Under the pieces are notes generated by a model. The model was not told the origin of the DNA. It saw only the letters and a program-made list of their open reading frames with translations, and made no database searches. From the NCBI GenBank assembly GCA_963789045.1, contig CAWBIP010000007.1, positions 19,976-83,975 of the forward strand: DNA of 64,000 nt, read 5' to 3'. Below, one piece after another: positions 47,100 through 57,565 of the stretch; position 1 is the stretch's first letter, and each line of letters begins with the position of its first letter. This DNA comes from an uncultured Verrucomicrobiae bacterium (GTDB lineage: Bacteria > Verrucomicrobiota > Verrucomicrobiia > Chthoniobacterales > UBA10450). A program made the position numbers and the translations under genes.

Positions 47100-50000
47100 G
47101 TGGGTTCGAAGATTGCGAAGAACAAGCGCGTCACAACGCCAGGCGCGAAGGATTGCATTGAGATTCGTGGGGCGCGTCAGAACAATCTCAAAGGAATCGA
47201 CGTCGATCTTCCCCTGGGGAAATTGACGGTCGTCACAGGTCCCAGCGGCAGCGGCAAATCGAGTCTGGCATTCGAGACGATTTACGCCGAAGGCCAACGA
47301 CGTTACGTCGAAACATTCAGCCCCTATATGCGGCAATTTCTCGACCGCATGGACAAGCCGCTCGTGGACGACATTCGCGGCATCCCTCCCGCGATCGCGA
47401 TCGAGCAGGCGAACCCAGTCAAGAGCTCGCGCTCGACGGTCGGCACGATGACAGAGATCAATGATTATCTGAAACTGCTCTGGCCACGCCTTGCAGGCGC
47501 ATTCTGTCCGAGTTGCAGTCGGGAAATTCACCCTGAAACCGCACAGTCAATTAGTCACCAGGTGTTGCACGACTGCTCTGGGAAAACTGTTCTGGTCACT
47601 TTCTGGGTGGCCGTTCCAGCGAAAACCGAGCCGCGCAAGTTCTTCGAATTTCTTCAGCAACAAGGTTACCTCCGCGTATGGATCGACAACCAAATCGTGC
47701 GCGTCGATGTCGATTCGAGACTGAAACGCCTGAGTGCCCGCGTTCAGGTCATTCAGGATCGGCTCGCAATCTCGGACGGAAACCGTGCGCGATTCGTCGA
47801 AGCAATCGAAACCGCGCTGCGCTTTGGGAAGGGCAAGATCAATGTCGTGCCGATTTCCGAGCATACCGAGCATGCGACGGCCACGGCGGCGCGCCCGGCG
47901 GTTGCGCCCTACCAATCCACGATGCCATTCTCCACCGGGTGGCATTGTGCGCATTGCGATCTCGACATTCGCCCGCCTACACCAGGGCTGTTCAGTTTCA
48001 ACAATCCACTCGGTGCGTGTCCGGAATGTCGCGGTTTTGGTCGTACCATCGCAATCGATCTAAACAAGGCGATTCCAAATCGCGGTCTTAGCATCAAACA
48101 AGGCGTGGTGCGCGTTTTTCGGGGTGCCGAGTTTGGCGAATCGCAGAAAGATTTGCTTCGAGCCTGCGCACGAAAAGAGATCGATATCGACGTTTCATTC
48201 GAAGAATTGACGAAGGCCGACCAGGACTTTGTCATAGAAGGCGAGAAACGGTCAGGCGATTATACAGAAGACGATTACGAAAACGATCGGTGGTACGGCG
48301 TCCGCGGCTTCTTCCGATGGCTTGAAAGCAAGACTTACAAGATGCATGTGCGCGTTTTGCTCAGCCGCTATAGGGCTTACGTCACCTGCCCGAGCTGCAA
48401 TGGGGGGCGTTACCAGCCCGAAGCGCTCAATTACAAGATTGCAGCGGCGGTGCGTGACCGCCCGGGTGCTCGCAGACCGCCCGTGCAGCTGACACTTCCG
48501 GAATTCCAGGCGCTTTCGATCTTGGATGCCCGCAATTTTCTGACGGGGGTCGAGATTCGATCGAACGATTCGACCGCGCGAATGTTGCGCGACGAAATCT
48601 GTGCGCGCCTCAAATATCTCTGCGAAGTCGGCGTTGGCTATCTAACTCTGGACCGTTCCACGCGCACTTTGAGCGGTGGCGAAGTGCAACGGGTGAACCT
48701 TACAACATGTCTCGGTGCATCGCTGGTAAACACGCTGTTCGTCATGGATGAGCCAAGCGTCGGTTTACATCCACGCGACGTTAGCCGCCTCGTGCGCGTG
48801 ATGCACAACTTGCGCGACAAAGGCAACACGCTGCTCGTGGTCGAGCACGAGGAGCAAATCATTCGCGCCGCTGACAATTTAATCGATATCGGCCCAGGCC
48901 GCGGCGAGCACGGCGGCGAGTTGGTTTGGAACGGCCGGTTACAAGATTTTGTAGCACGTGATCGCGGAAATCTGGGGAGCGCTCCCCAGTCACTTACGCG
49001 AGATTACCTAACGAATCGCAAATCAATTCCGGTGCCAAAATCGCGGCGCAAATCGACATCATCTATCAAAATCATCCGCGCGCGACAGCACAATCTCAAG
49101 GACATCGATGTCGAACTTCCGCTGGGCGTATTCACATGTGTCACCGGTGTTTCCGGTTCCGGGAAATCCACGCTGATTCACGATGTACTGTATCGGAATC
49201 TGCTGGTCGCGAAGGGGCAATCGTCTGACCAGGAATCCGGCGCGTGCAAATCGGTCACCGGCGCGCATCGAATCCGCGAGGTAATCATGGTCGATCAGGC
49301 GCCGCTTGCCCGCACGCCCCGGTCAACGCCGCTGCTTTATTTGGGGCTTTACGATCGCGTTCGCGAATTGTTCGCCGCTCAACCGGAAGCAATGTCGCAG
49401 GGACTCACGCCGGGCACATTCTCGTTTAATTCCGGCAGCGGCCGTTGCGAGCGTTGTTCCGGCACAGGATACGAGAAAATTGAGATGCAATTTTTGAGCG
49501 ATCTTTTCGTGCGCTGCGCAGAATGCGAAGGCAAACGATTTCAACCGCATGTTTTGAAAGTTCGACTGCACGGAAAATCAATCCACGATCTGCTCAAGCT
49601 CACCGTAAGAGAAGCGATCGAATTTTTCGCGCAAATCGGCGAGGACAAGACCTTGCCCAAACCCCTTAGCGTGCTTGAGGAGGTCGGGCTTGGCTACCTG
49701 CGATTAGGGCAACCTCTTAACACGCTCTCCGGCGGCGAATCGCAGCGGTTGAAGTTAGTCGGGCATTTGCGCCAAACAGAAACCGTCCAACGCTCAACGT
49801 TCAACGCCCAACGTCAAAATAGGGATGCAATAGGTGACTTGTTTATCTTTGATGAACCCACCACGGGACTTCACTTCGATGACGTGGCGATGCTACTACG
49901 GCTATTTCAGCGGCTGGTCGATCGCGGTCATTCCATCGTGGTGATCGAGCACAATCTCGAAGTGATCAAGTGCGCCGATTGGATTGTCGATCTTGGCCCC

Positions 50001-50127
50001 GAAGCCGGAGACGCGGGCGGCGATGTGATCGCTGTCGGAACTCCAGAGCAAATCGTGACGAAGGAGAATTCACATACCGGGAAATTTTTGCGACAAGTTC
50101 TGTTGAAATCTCGCAGGGCGCTGCATG
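47100..50127 (+). CDS. UvrA-family ABC ATPase paralog; module 1 of a continuous UvrA-UvrA reading frame (no stop codon before module 2)
   Basis: Track ORF 47016..50969; in-frame GTG starts lie at 47016 and 47100. Motifs: IEIRGARQNNLKGIDVDLPLGKLTVVTGPSGSGKSSLAFETIYAEGQRRY, LSGGEVQR, FVMDEPSVGLH, GVSGSGKST, LSGGESQRLKL, IFDEPTTGLH and [25 protein letters not shown], plus CxxC pairs. The divergent middle region contains WYGVRGFFRWLESKTYKMH. Confidence 0.75.
49787..49814 (+). repeat. Four tandem imperfect heptamers (YYCAACG) inside UvrA module 1
   Basis: Read directly: tccaacg ctcaacg ttcaacg cccaacg, then tcaaaat. It encodes VQRSTFNAQRQ within an insertion just before the second Walker B (LFIFDEP). 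Confidence 0.7.
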
Positions 50128-50211
50128 TCATCCCGAGCCGCGAAGACGGCGAGGGACCTCGCAAAGCACCGCGCGAGTTGGAGAGGTCCTTCGCTTACGC
50201 TCAGGATGACA
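50128..50211. repeat. REP/MITE-like palindromic element, copy 1 (GTCATCCCGAGC...GCTCAGGATGAC), translated in frame as the UvrA-UvrA linker
   Basis: Left arm gtcatcccgagccgcgaagacggcgagggacctc. The right arm gaggtccttcgcttacgctcaggatgac is its imperfect reverse complement. It shares its termini with the element at 52898-53004. Confidence 0.75.
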
Positions 50212-50264
50212 ACATTGAGTTAGCGCGAGCTGCAGAAACAGCTCCGCGTTTTCGTGTAAATGGA

Positions 50265-52907
50265 GTGAACGGCGCAATCCAAGTCCACGGCGCACGCGAG
50301 CACAACCTGAAGAACATCGATGTCAAAATCCCGAGGGAACAAATGGTGGTGGTCACCGGTCTGAGTGGCTCCGGCAAGTCCACTCTCGCGTTTGATATTC
50401 TATTTGCGGAAGGACAGCGTCGTTTTCTCGACAGCATGTCGCCATATGCACGGCAATTCGTCGAGCAGCTGGAAAAGCCGGATGTCGATTTGGTCAGCGG
50501 GTTGCCTCCGAGTGTCGCGATTGAACAACGAGTCACACGCGGCGGAGGGAAAATCGACAGTCGCGACAGTGACAGAGGTTTACCACTTTCTCCGGCTGCT
50601 TTTTGCAAAAACCGGAACGCAGTTTTGCCCGAACTGCGATTTGGCCGTGGAGAAACAAAGTCTCGCTGCCATTACCAAGCAAATCGAATCAACAGCAAAG
50701 CGCGGGCCGGTGAGAGTGCTTGCGCCATTGGTCAAAGCTCGAAAAGGTTTTCACACCGAAGTCGCGCGCTGGGCGGAACGCCAGGGGTTCGATACGCTGT
50801 ATGTGGATGGAGAATTGGTTCCTATCCCGCATTTTCAAAAATTGGAGCGGTTCAAAGAGCATACCATCGATGTAGTCGTTGGTCTCATCGATCGAAAGCG
50901 AATTGCGGAGATGCGCGATCTCGTTCGTCGGGCACTGGAGATCGGCCGCGGCATGGGCCGTCTGCTTGATTCAAGAAACAAGCTTACAGTCATGAGCACC
51001 GAAATGAGCTGCCCAAACTGTGGCCGCGCGTTCGAGGAGCTCGATCCGCGTTTGTTTTCGTTTAATTCGCCTCACGGCGCGTGCGAAGAATGCGGCGGAT
51101 TCGGCGAACTTTGGGATCAGGATCTGCAAACCGCTGCCAGCCCAGACGGTGAATCGGTTCTGGAAACCGAGCTCGCCGCCGAGCGTGAATCCGAATGGAT
51201 CGAGGAAGGCGAAGCGCGCGAATGCCCCAGTTGTCACGGCTCGCGTCTGAACGCCGTGGCGCGCCACGTGCATGTCCAGGGTTACACGATCGATCAATTC
51301 AGGAATCTTTCGGCCAGCGAAGCAGCGCGCAAGGTTGACAGATTGAAGTTCCGTGGAACGCATCAAACAATTGCTGCCGGTCTTGTTCCGGAAATACAGC
51401 AGCGATTGCGTTTCATGGAGAAGGTGGGCCTCGGCTACCTTGCGCTTGGGCGCTCGGCGAAAACCTTAAGCGGTGGAGAATCGCAGCGGATTCGGTTAGC
51501 AGCGCAACTCGGCTCAAACCTGCGCGGGGTCCTATACGTATTGGATGAGCCGACGATCGGTCTCCATCCACGCGACAACGTGCGCTTACTGGACACGCTC
51601 ACCGCGCTACGGAACAAAGGAAACTCACTGATCATTGTCGAGCACGATGAGGAAACGATGCGGCGGGCCGATCACATCGTCGATCTTGGACCGCGTGCAG
51701 GAATTCACGGCGGAGAAGTCGTGACCAGCGGGACGTTGCGCGACGTGGAGCGAAATCCAGATTCCGAAACGGCGCGCTGCCTGAAATCTCCACTTCAGCA
51801 TCCCACCCGCGGATCGCGCCGGTCGTTACGCGATGTTGAAGACTGGATCGAAGTCCGCGGCGCGAAGGCCAATAATTTGAAAGATATCGATGTTCGTTTC
51901 CCCGTCGGCAGGCTTTCGGTGATCACGGGAATTTCCGGCAGCGGCAAATCCACATTGATGCACGAGGTAATCTGGCCAACGGTGTGCGAGCAGCTTAAAC
52001 AAAGAAAACGCGCAGGAAATGGCGAGCTGTTCAAACTGGTTAGCGGTACGCAAAGGATCGAAGCTGTTTATGAGGTCGATCAATCACCGATCGGCAAGAC
52101 GTCGCGCTCGACGCCAGGCACCTACGTCAAAGTGCTCGACGAGATCCGGAATCTTTACGCGCAATTACCCGTCTCGCGCGTGCGTGGCTATTCCGCGAGC
52201 CGATTTTCATTCAACGCCGAAGGTGGTCGTTGCGAGACTTGCAAGGGTCAGGGCGTGATCAAACTGGAGATGAATTTTCTGCCGCGCAGCTACGTGCCGT
52301 GCGAAGATTGCGGCGGCAAACGTTACAATCCGCAAACGCTTGAGGTACTCTACAACGACAAATCGATCGGCGACGTGATGGAAATGACGATCGAAGAAGC
52401 GGCGGAGTTCTTTTCGGCGCATCCGAAAATTGCGCGGCCGCTTTCCTTGCTGGTCGATACGGGATTGGGCTATCTCAAGCTGGGACAACCGAGTCCAACG
52501 CTGAGCGGTGGCGAAGCACAGCGACTCAAGCTAGTCACACAGCTCAAGCGCGGTGTTAGCCGCGCGGCCGACGAGCGGATCCGCAAAATGCGCAAGCCAG
52601 GCTCGACGTTATATTTGCTCGAGGAACCCACGATCGGTCTGCACATGGCCGACATTGAATTGCTTCTCAGGTACTGCATCGGCTCGTCGACGAAGGAAAC
52701 ACGGTGATTGTCATCGAGCACAATCTCAGCGTGATCGCAGAGGCCGATTACATTGTCGATCTCGGCCCAGAGGCCGGCCCAGATGGAGGCAAAGTCGTCG
52801 TCTGCGGAACGCCAGAGCAAGTTGCAAGGAACCGCGTCAGCCGCACCGCGCCGTTTTTGCGGAAAGTGTTGAATTCGCCGCGTGCAAAAAGAGCGCTGTC
52901 ATCCTGA
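50265..52907 (+). pseudogene. uvrA: Excinuclease ABC subunit A (module 2 of the continuous frame), two 1-nt frame disruptions
   Basis: (V)[53 protein letters not shown] matches the canonical UvrA N-terminus. There is an extra A in the A4 run at 50550-50553 (..TRGGGK/STVATVTEVYHFLRLLFAK). A G is missing at about 52669-52671 (..[25 protein letters not shown]). The stop is at 52905-52907. Confidence 0.8.
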
Positions 52908-53004
52908 GCGAAGCGAAGGATCTCACAATCAAAGTGCGCGGCGCGCAGAGCAGCTAGCGTGGTCCATCACCCATTGGGAGGTCCCTCACTTCGTTCGGGA
53001 TGAC
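52898..53004. repeat. REP/MITE-like palindromic element, copy 2 (GTCATCCTGAGC...GTTCGGGATGAC)
   Basis: gtcatcctgagcgaagcgaaggatctc ... gaggtccctcacttcgttcgggatgac. The uvrA stop codon (tcc-TGA) lies inside the left arm. The ATG of track ORF 53000 lies inside the right arm. Confidence 0.75.
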
Positions 53005-53053
53005 GCGCGTTCTAATTGCGGGTACCGGTGACATCAGTAACAATGCCACACCA

Positions 53054-53986
53054 ATGCTCGCGTACTATCTGCACAATCTCGATCCGATTATCTTTCGCAT
53101 TTCCGACAACGTCGGGCCGCGATGGTACGGTCTGGCTTATGTGCTTGCATTTATCTGCGGCTATCTGCTCTTCCTCTGGCTGGCGAAACGCGGATACGCC
53201 GATCTGGCCCCGCAACGAGTCGGCGACTTCATCACTGGCTGCGCGCTGTTTGGCGTGATCATCGGTGGCCGCCTCGGCTACGTTTTCTTCTACAAACCCG
53301 AAATGTTGCGCGAGCCGCTGTCGATCTTTCGCGTTTGGGAAGGCGGAATGTCCAGCCACGGCGGAATGCTTGGTCTGTTGCTTTTCACTTTGTACTACGC
53401 TTACCGACACAAAATCTCGTGGACAAATCTTGGCGATAATCTGGGTGTGACTGCGCCAATTGGTTTGTTCTTTGGGCGCTGCGCCAATTTCATCAACGGT
53501 GAACTCTACGGACGAATGACGAAAGTCCCCTGGGCGATGCAATTCCCCAAGGAACTATTCGATCATCCTCAGGAAGCCGAGCGCGCCGTCGCCGCATGCG
53601 CTCGAATTGATCCATCGCTCACCAGCGCCGATGCAATCGTCGGTGCAGTTCGCCAACCGCAAGTAGCGACTGCGTTGCGCTCAATCATTTCGCCGCGCCA
53701 TCCCTCCCAGCTTTACGAGGCTTTTTTTGAAGGAGTCGTTCTATTTGCGATCCTCTGGTTTTTCCGTACGCGGACACGCCAGCCAAATGGTGTTCTGACT
53801 GGAGTATTTTTTATCTGCTACGCGATTTTTCGGATCGTAATCGAATATTTCCGCGAACCCGACGCAACACTGGTCGGTCCCTTCACGCGGGGTCAATTTT
53901 TTTCGTTCTTCCTGATCGCGATTGGTCTCGGGTTTGTTGCAGTAGCAAAAATGCGACCGACGTTCCCCAAAGGAATGACGAACTGA
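53054..53986 (+). CDS. lgt: Prolipoprotein diacylglyceryl transferase
   Basis: The ORF starts at 53000; I prefer the ATG at 53054 (MLAYYLHNLDPIIF). GPRWYGLAYVLAF, VWEGGMSSHGGMLG, GRCANFINGELYG and HPSQLYEA are Lgt signatures. Confidence 0.85.
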   Translation: MLAYYLHNLDPIIFRISDNVGPRWYGLAYVLAFICGYLLFLWLAKRGYADLAPQRVGDFITGCALFGVIIGGRLGYVFFYKPEMLREPLSIFRVWEGGMSSHGGMLGLLLFTLYYAYRHKISWTNLGDNLGVTAPIGLFFGRCANFINGELYGRMTKVPWAMQFPKELFDHPQEAERAVAACARIDPSLTSADAIVGAVRQPQVATALRSIISPRHPSQLYEAFFEGVVLFAILWFFRTRTRQPNGVLTGVFFICYAIFRIVIEYFREPDATLVGPFTRGQFFSFFLIAIGLGFVAVAKMRPTFPKGMTN

Positions 53987-54048
53987 TGTCATTTCCGCGA
54001 ATCTTACTTTCGTTTCTCCAAAACGGCGTTATTACTTAACCCGGTGAA

Positions 54049-54813
54049 GTGGGAATGCTTGTTCCGGAAATCGTAGCGGCCGGCGGCGGTCTCCTTTTTG
54101 CGTTCGATCACGCGACGATCGCAGGAAAACTCGTCCTCACTCTTCTAGCTGTCGTTTCCATTTTCAGTTGGTCCATCATGATCACGAAATTGCGCGTGAT
54201 CCGGTTTGCCCGAAAACAGAACGCGCGTTTCCTCGCCGCTTTTCGACAGGACCGACAGCCGCTGCGTCTATTTGAGAAAAATGCGCGCTTTCCCGGGTCG
54301 CCGGTATTCAATGTGTATCGCGCTGGCTGCGAGGAAATGACATTTCATTTGCTCGGATCGCCTGAGGTGGACGACACGTTTCGCGCACGGCTCGGAATCG
54401 CTGATAAGATTTCGCCGGCACAAATGGGCGCGGTAAACGCCGCGATGGAGCGTGCGGTGGGCGAGACAGCGCTTTCGCTTGAATCGCAGATGATCTTGCT
54501 CGCAACTGCGGTAAGTGGTTCGCCCTTTCTCGGCTTGCTCGGCACAGTCTGGGGCGTGATGGATGCGTTCACCGGGGTGGCCGAGGCAGGCTCGCCGAAC
54601 CTCGTCTCGATGGCGCCCGGTGTATCCGGCGCGCTCATCACGACAGTGACTGCGCTCTGCGTCGCGATCCCAGCGATGTTTGGATACAACTTTCTCGTCA
54701 CCAGTATTCGCGGGATCATCGTAGAGATGGACAATTTTGCCGCTGAGCTCGCTTCGGAATTCGAGCACAAATACGTCGACCACGGTTCGCGTGACTCGGC
54801 GTTTCGCCGATGA
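54049..54813 (+). CDS. MotA/TolQ/ExbB-family proton-channel protein
   Basis: 254-aa ORF (GTG at 54049 or ATG at 54055), 3 TM segments, with LATAVSGSPFLGLLGTVWGVMDAF...APGVSGALITTVTALCVAIPAMFGYNF. Confidence 0.8.
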   Translation: MGMLVPEIVAAGGGLLFAFDHATIAGKLVLTLLAVVSIFSWSIMITKLRVIRFARKQNARFLAAFRQDRQPLRLFEKNARFPGSPVFNVYRAGCEEMTFHLLGSPEVDDTFRARLGIADKISPAQMGAVNAAMERAVGETALSLESQMILLATAVSGSPFLGLLGTVWGVMDAFTGVAEAGSPNLVSMAPGVSGALITTVTALCVAIPAMFGYNFLVTSIRGIIVEMDNFAAELASEFEHKYVDHGSRDSAFRR

Positions 54814-55226
54814 GACGCTACTCCCAACGCCAGAATCTTTCGACGCTCAGCGAGATCAACATCACGCCGCTGCTCGATCTGGCGTTCGTGTTGCTTATTA
54901 TCTTCATGATCACAACGCCGCTACTTGAAAGCAGCATGAACCTCGTGATTCCATCCAGCGGCGCGACGAATCCGCCGATCAAGTCATCCCAAGTGCAAGT
55001 TGTCTCGATCGACCGCAGTGAGACGATTCGGTTTAACAATCAGGTAATCGATTTGAAAGCGCTTACGGGGCGCCTAACGGAATTGAAGCAATCCAATCCA
55101 GACATTGCCGTTGTGATTCGGCCCGATCGCGACTTGCCTGTGCAAAAATTGATCGCGTTGATGGATGCGCTAAAGCAGGCGCAAATTGCGAAGGTTGGCA
55201 TCGCCACAAGGGCCGAGTCGAAATAG
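54810..55226 (+). CDS. ExbD/TolR-family biopolymer transport protein
   Basis: 138-aa ORF with an ATGA start/stop overlap with the upstream gene; INITPLLDLAFVLLIIFMITTP. Confidence 0.8.
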   Translation: MRRYSQRQNLSTLSEINITPLLDLAFVLLIIFMITTPLLESSMNLVIPSSGATNPPIKSSQVQVVSIDRSETIRFNNQVIDLKALTGRLTELKQSNPDIAVVIRPDRDLPVQKLIALMDALKQAQIAKVGIATRAESK

Positions 55227-56132
55227 ATGTCGAAGAAGCCCCGCTTTTGGCGAAACGTCACGTTAATTGCGCTTGCACATGTCGCACTGATCGCAGGATT
55301 GATTCGCTGGAGTTTAGCAGCGCGAAGCGCGCCAGACACAGAAAGCTTGGTTTGGTTGAGTGCAGGAGATCTCGAGCCGGGGAGATCAGATAATAGCGCG
55401 GCGTCCTCCTCAAAGATTTCGATTCCTTCTGTTGAGTCAGAACCTTTCAAGCCGGATGAAGAAGAAAAGGAACGGCCACCTTTAATTCAAGCAAAGAGCG
55501 AAATCGACTTGCCGAAACCAACGCCGATAGAAACACCTGCACCAAAGGCAACCGCAAAGCCGAAGGCAATATCAAAAACCACTCCGAAGCCAACACCCAG
55601 GTCGACTCCTAAAAAAACTGTTATGGCGAAAGCGACCAAATCATCGCCGCACCCCAAGTCGAGCCCGCCAAAATCCACGAGAGAGCAAACCGACGCGAGT
55701 AGCGAGAAAAAGAAGAGCGCGGAAACTGTTAGCGCGAAAACTAAATCGTCAGCCGATAACGGCGCGCGGAAGATAGGTTCAGCGGGCAAGGGCGGCGGTC
55801 ATGCAGGCGGCGGGACCAGCGCATCCGAATTCGGCTGGTATGGCAACATGCTTCATGACCGTTTTTACAGTGCATGGATCCAGCCAACCACCAGCGTCCC
55901 TTCCGGCTCTAAAATTTCGACACTGGTGAAGGCTCGAATCGAAAAGGATGGGCGCGTATCCAAATTCGAGATCATCAAACCGTCCGAGAATGTTGTGGTG
56001 AACGAGTCCGTTGCGGCAATTGCGAAACGAGTGACTGAAGTTGATTCACCGCCGGTCGGGCTTGGGAATGGCAATCACTACGACGTAAAAATCAATTTCG
56101 AGTTGAATACGAACCAGGAGACGGCGAAATAA
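55227..56132 (+). CDS. TolA/TonB-like energy-transducer protein
   Basis: 301-aa ORF with an N-terminal TM anchor and a Pro/Lys/Thr-rich spacer (PKPTPIETPAPKATAKPKAISKTTPKPTPRSTPKK). The C-terminal domain YGNMLHDRFYSAWIQP...VKARIEKDGRVSKFEIIKPS is TolA/TonB-like. Confidence 0.65.
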   Translation: MSKKPRFWRNVTLIALAHVALIAGLIRWSLAARSAPDTESLVWLSAGDLEPGRSDNSAASSSKISIPSVESEPFKPDEEEKERPPLIQAKSEIDLPKPTPIETPAPKATAKPKAISKTTPKPTPRSTPKKTVMAKATKSSPHPKSSPPKSTREQTDASSEKKKSAETVSAKTKSSADNGARKIGSAGKGGGHAGGGTSASEFGWYGNMLHDRFYSAWIQPTTSVPSGSKISTLVKARIEKDGRVSKFEIIKPSENVVVNESVAAIAKRVTEVDSPPVGLGNGNHYDVKINFELNTNQETAK

Positions 56133-56141
56133 TGAATATCT

Positions 56142-56155
56142 CCCCCGTGCGGGGG
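56142..56155. terminator. GC hairpin (CCCCC-GTGC-GGGGG) between the convergent tolA/tonB-like and sufD genes
   Basis: Read directly. On the minus strand the stem is followed by an A/T-rich tract (agatattcattattt). There is no clean U-run on either strand. Confidence 0.35.
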
Positions 56156-57517
56156 TCACCGCTGGAACAGATATCCGCGATTTTCCGAAAATTTCTCCTC
56201 AATCAAGCGATGCAAATACTCAGATATCGCCGGATGATCGAGGCGCTGGACGACTTCATCCAGAAAGCCTGTCACAATGAGACGCTGGGCGATCCGAATT
56301 GGGATACCGCGGGTGCGTAGATAGAAGAGCTCCTCTTCGTCGATCTGGCCGGAAGTTGCTCCGTGAGTGCAGCGGACATTGTCGGCGAGGATTTCGAGGC
56401 CGGGCATCGAATTGGCTTCTGCGTCGTCACTCAACAGAAGGTTGCGAACCTTTTGATACGCATCGGTGAAATGGGCGTGCGGCTCTACTCGGATCAGTCC
56501 ACCGAAAATCGTGCGGGCGCGATCGTCCAGCGCGTTTTTGTAAAGGAGATCGCTCGCGGTATGCGGCGAGACATGGTCCTGCAACGTGCGGGCATCGAAT
56601 TCCTGTTGGTGTTTCGCGACAGCGACAGCAAGCAGATCGCTGCGCCCCCCTTCGCCGATAAGTCGGCTGAGACTTTCGAAGCGCGAATATCGCGAGCCAA
56701 GATTCAAGTTCAGACTCATCGCCGAAGCATCATGATCGACCATTGTCGTGTTCATCTGGAGCGCGACGACGTTGTCCGCCCAATTTTGAGCGCACACGTA
56801 GGTCACCTTCGCGCCCGGGCCGGCCACAAGATCGTTTACTCCGCACGCAAATCCGGCCGCATGCTCGTCAACCGAGCGGAAATGTTCGATCACGGTGACT
56901 TTGGCAAGCTCGTCGATGACCAAAAGCAAATGCGGAAACGCCGAGGCATTCTCACCATTGAGCCAATGGAAAATTTCGATCGGCAATTCGATTTCGACGC
57001 CGCGCGGCACGTAAAGAAACGTTCCTGACGAAATCGCCGCCTGATGCAGCGCCGCGAACTTGGCAGACCCAAGCGTCGCCGGCTGCGACATGAAATGTTT
57101 GCGGAACAACTCGGCGTGCTCAACCATTGCCCGTTCAAGTGATTGGAAAATGACGCCGCGCTTTTTCAGCTGATCCGAAATCACGTCGCGCTCAATAAGT
57201 TGGTCACCAGCGAAGATCATGCGTCCAGCCACCTCTTCGAGTCCGCGCGATTGCTCGAGAATAGTTGCGTGCTGCTTTTCAGTTAATGTCCCACCGTATT
57301 TGAACGGGCTTAGATCGAGAAGGGCGACATTGGCGAATCGCCACGCCTGATCTTTTCGAGTCGGTTTAGGTAATGACTCAAATTGTTTCCAGGCTGCACA
57401 CTGCTGATCGCGGAACCAATCGGGAAATTCGCGCGACTCGGACGGGCCGGAAAGAATTGGCGCGGCCTGCTGCTCGATTGTCGCTGCTTCGTTTCTGGTC
57501 ATTCCGATATAGGACAC
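56156..57517 (-). CDS. sufD: Fe-S cluster assembly protein SufD
   Basis: 453-aa ORF downstream of sufB/sufC. The C-terminus LSDDAEANSMPGLEILADNVRCTHGATSGQIDEEELFYLRTRGI is the SufB/SufD-family signature. Confidence 0.85.
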   Translation of the reverse strand: MSYIGMTRNEAATIEQQAAPILSGPSESREFPDWFRDQQCAAWKQFESLPKPTRKDQAWRFANVALLDLSPFKYGGTLTEKQHATILEQSRGLEEVAGRMIFAGDQLIERDVISDQLKKRGVIFQSLERAMVEHAELFRKHFMSQPATLGSAKFAALHQAAISSGTFLYVPRGVEIELPIEIFHWLNGENASAFPHLLLVIDELAKVTVIEHFRSVDEHAAGFACGVNDLVAGPGAKVTYVCAQNWADNVVALQMNTTMVDHDASAMSLNLNLGSRYSRFESLSRLIGEGGRSDLLAVAVAKHQQEFDARTLQDHVSPHTASDLLYKNALDDRARTIFGGLIRVEPHAHFTDAYQKVRNLLLSDDAEANSMPGLEILADNVRCTHGATSGQIDEEELFYLRTRGIPIRIAQRLIVTGFLDEVVQRLDHPAISEYLHRLIEEKFSENRGYLFQR

Positions 57518-57565
57518 ATAGGACCCATGCGTCCTATGGCTACGCTCGCGTGCGGCGGGTACGGA

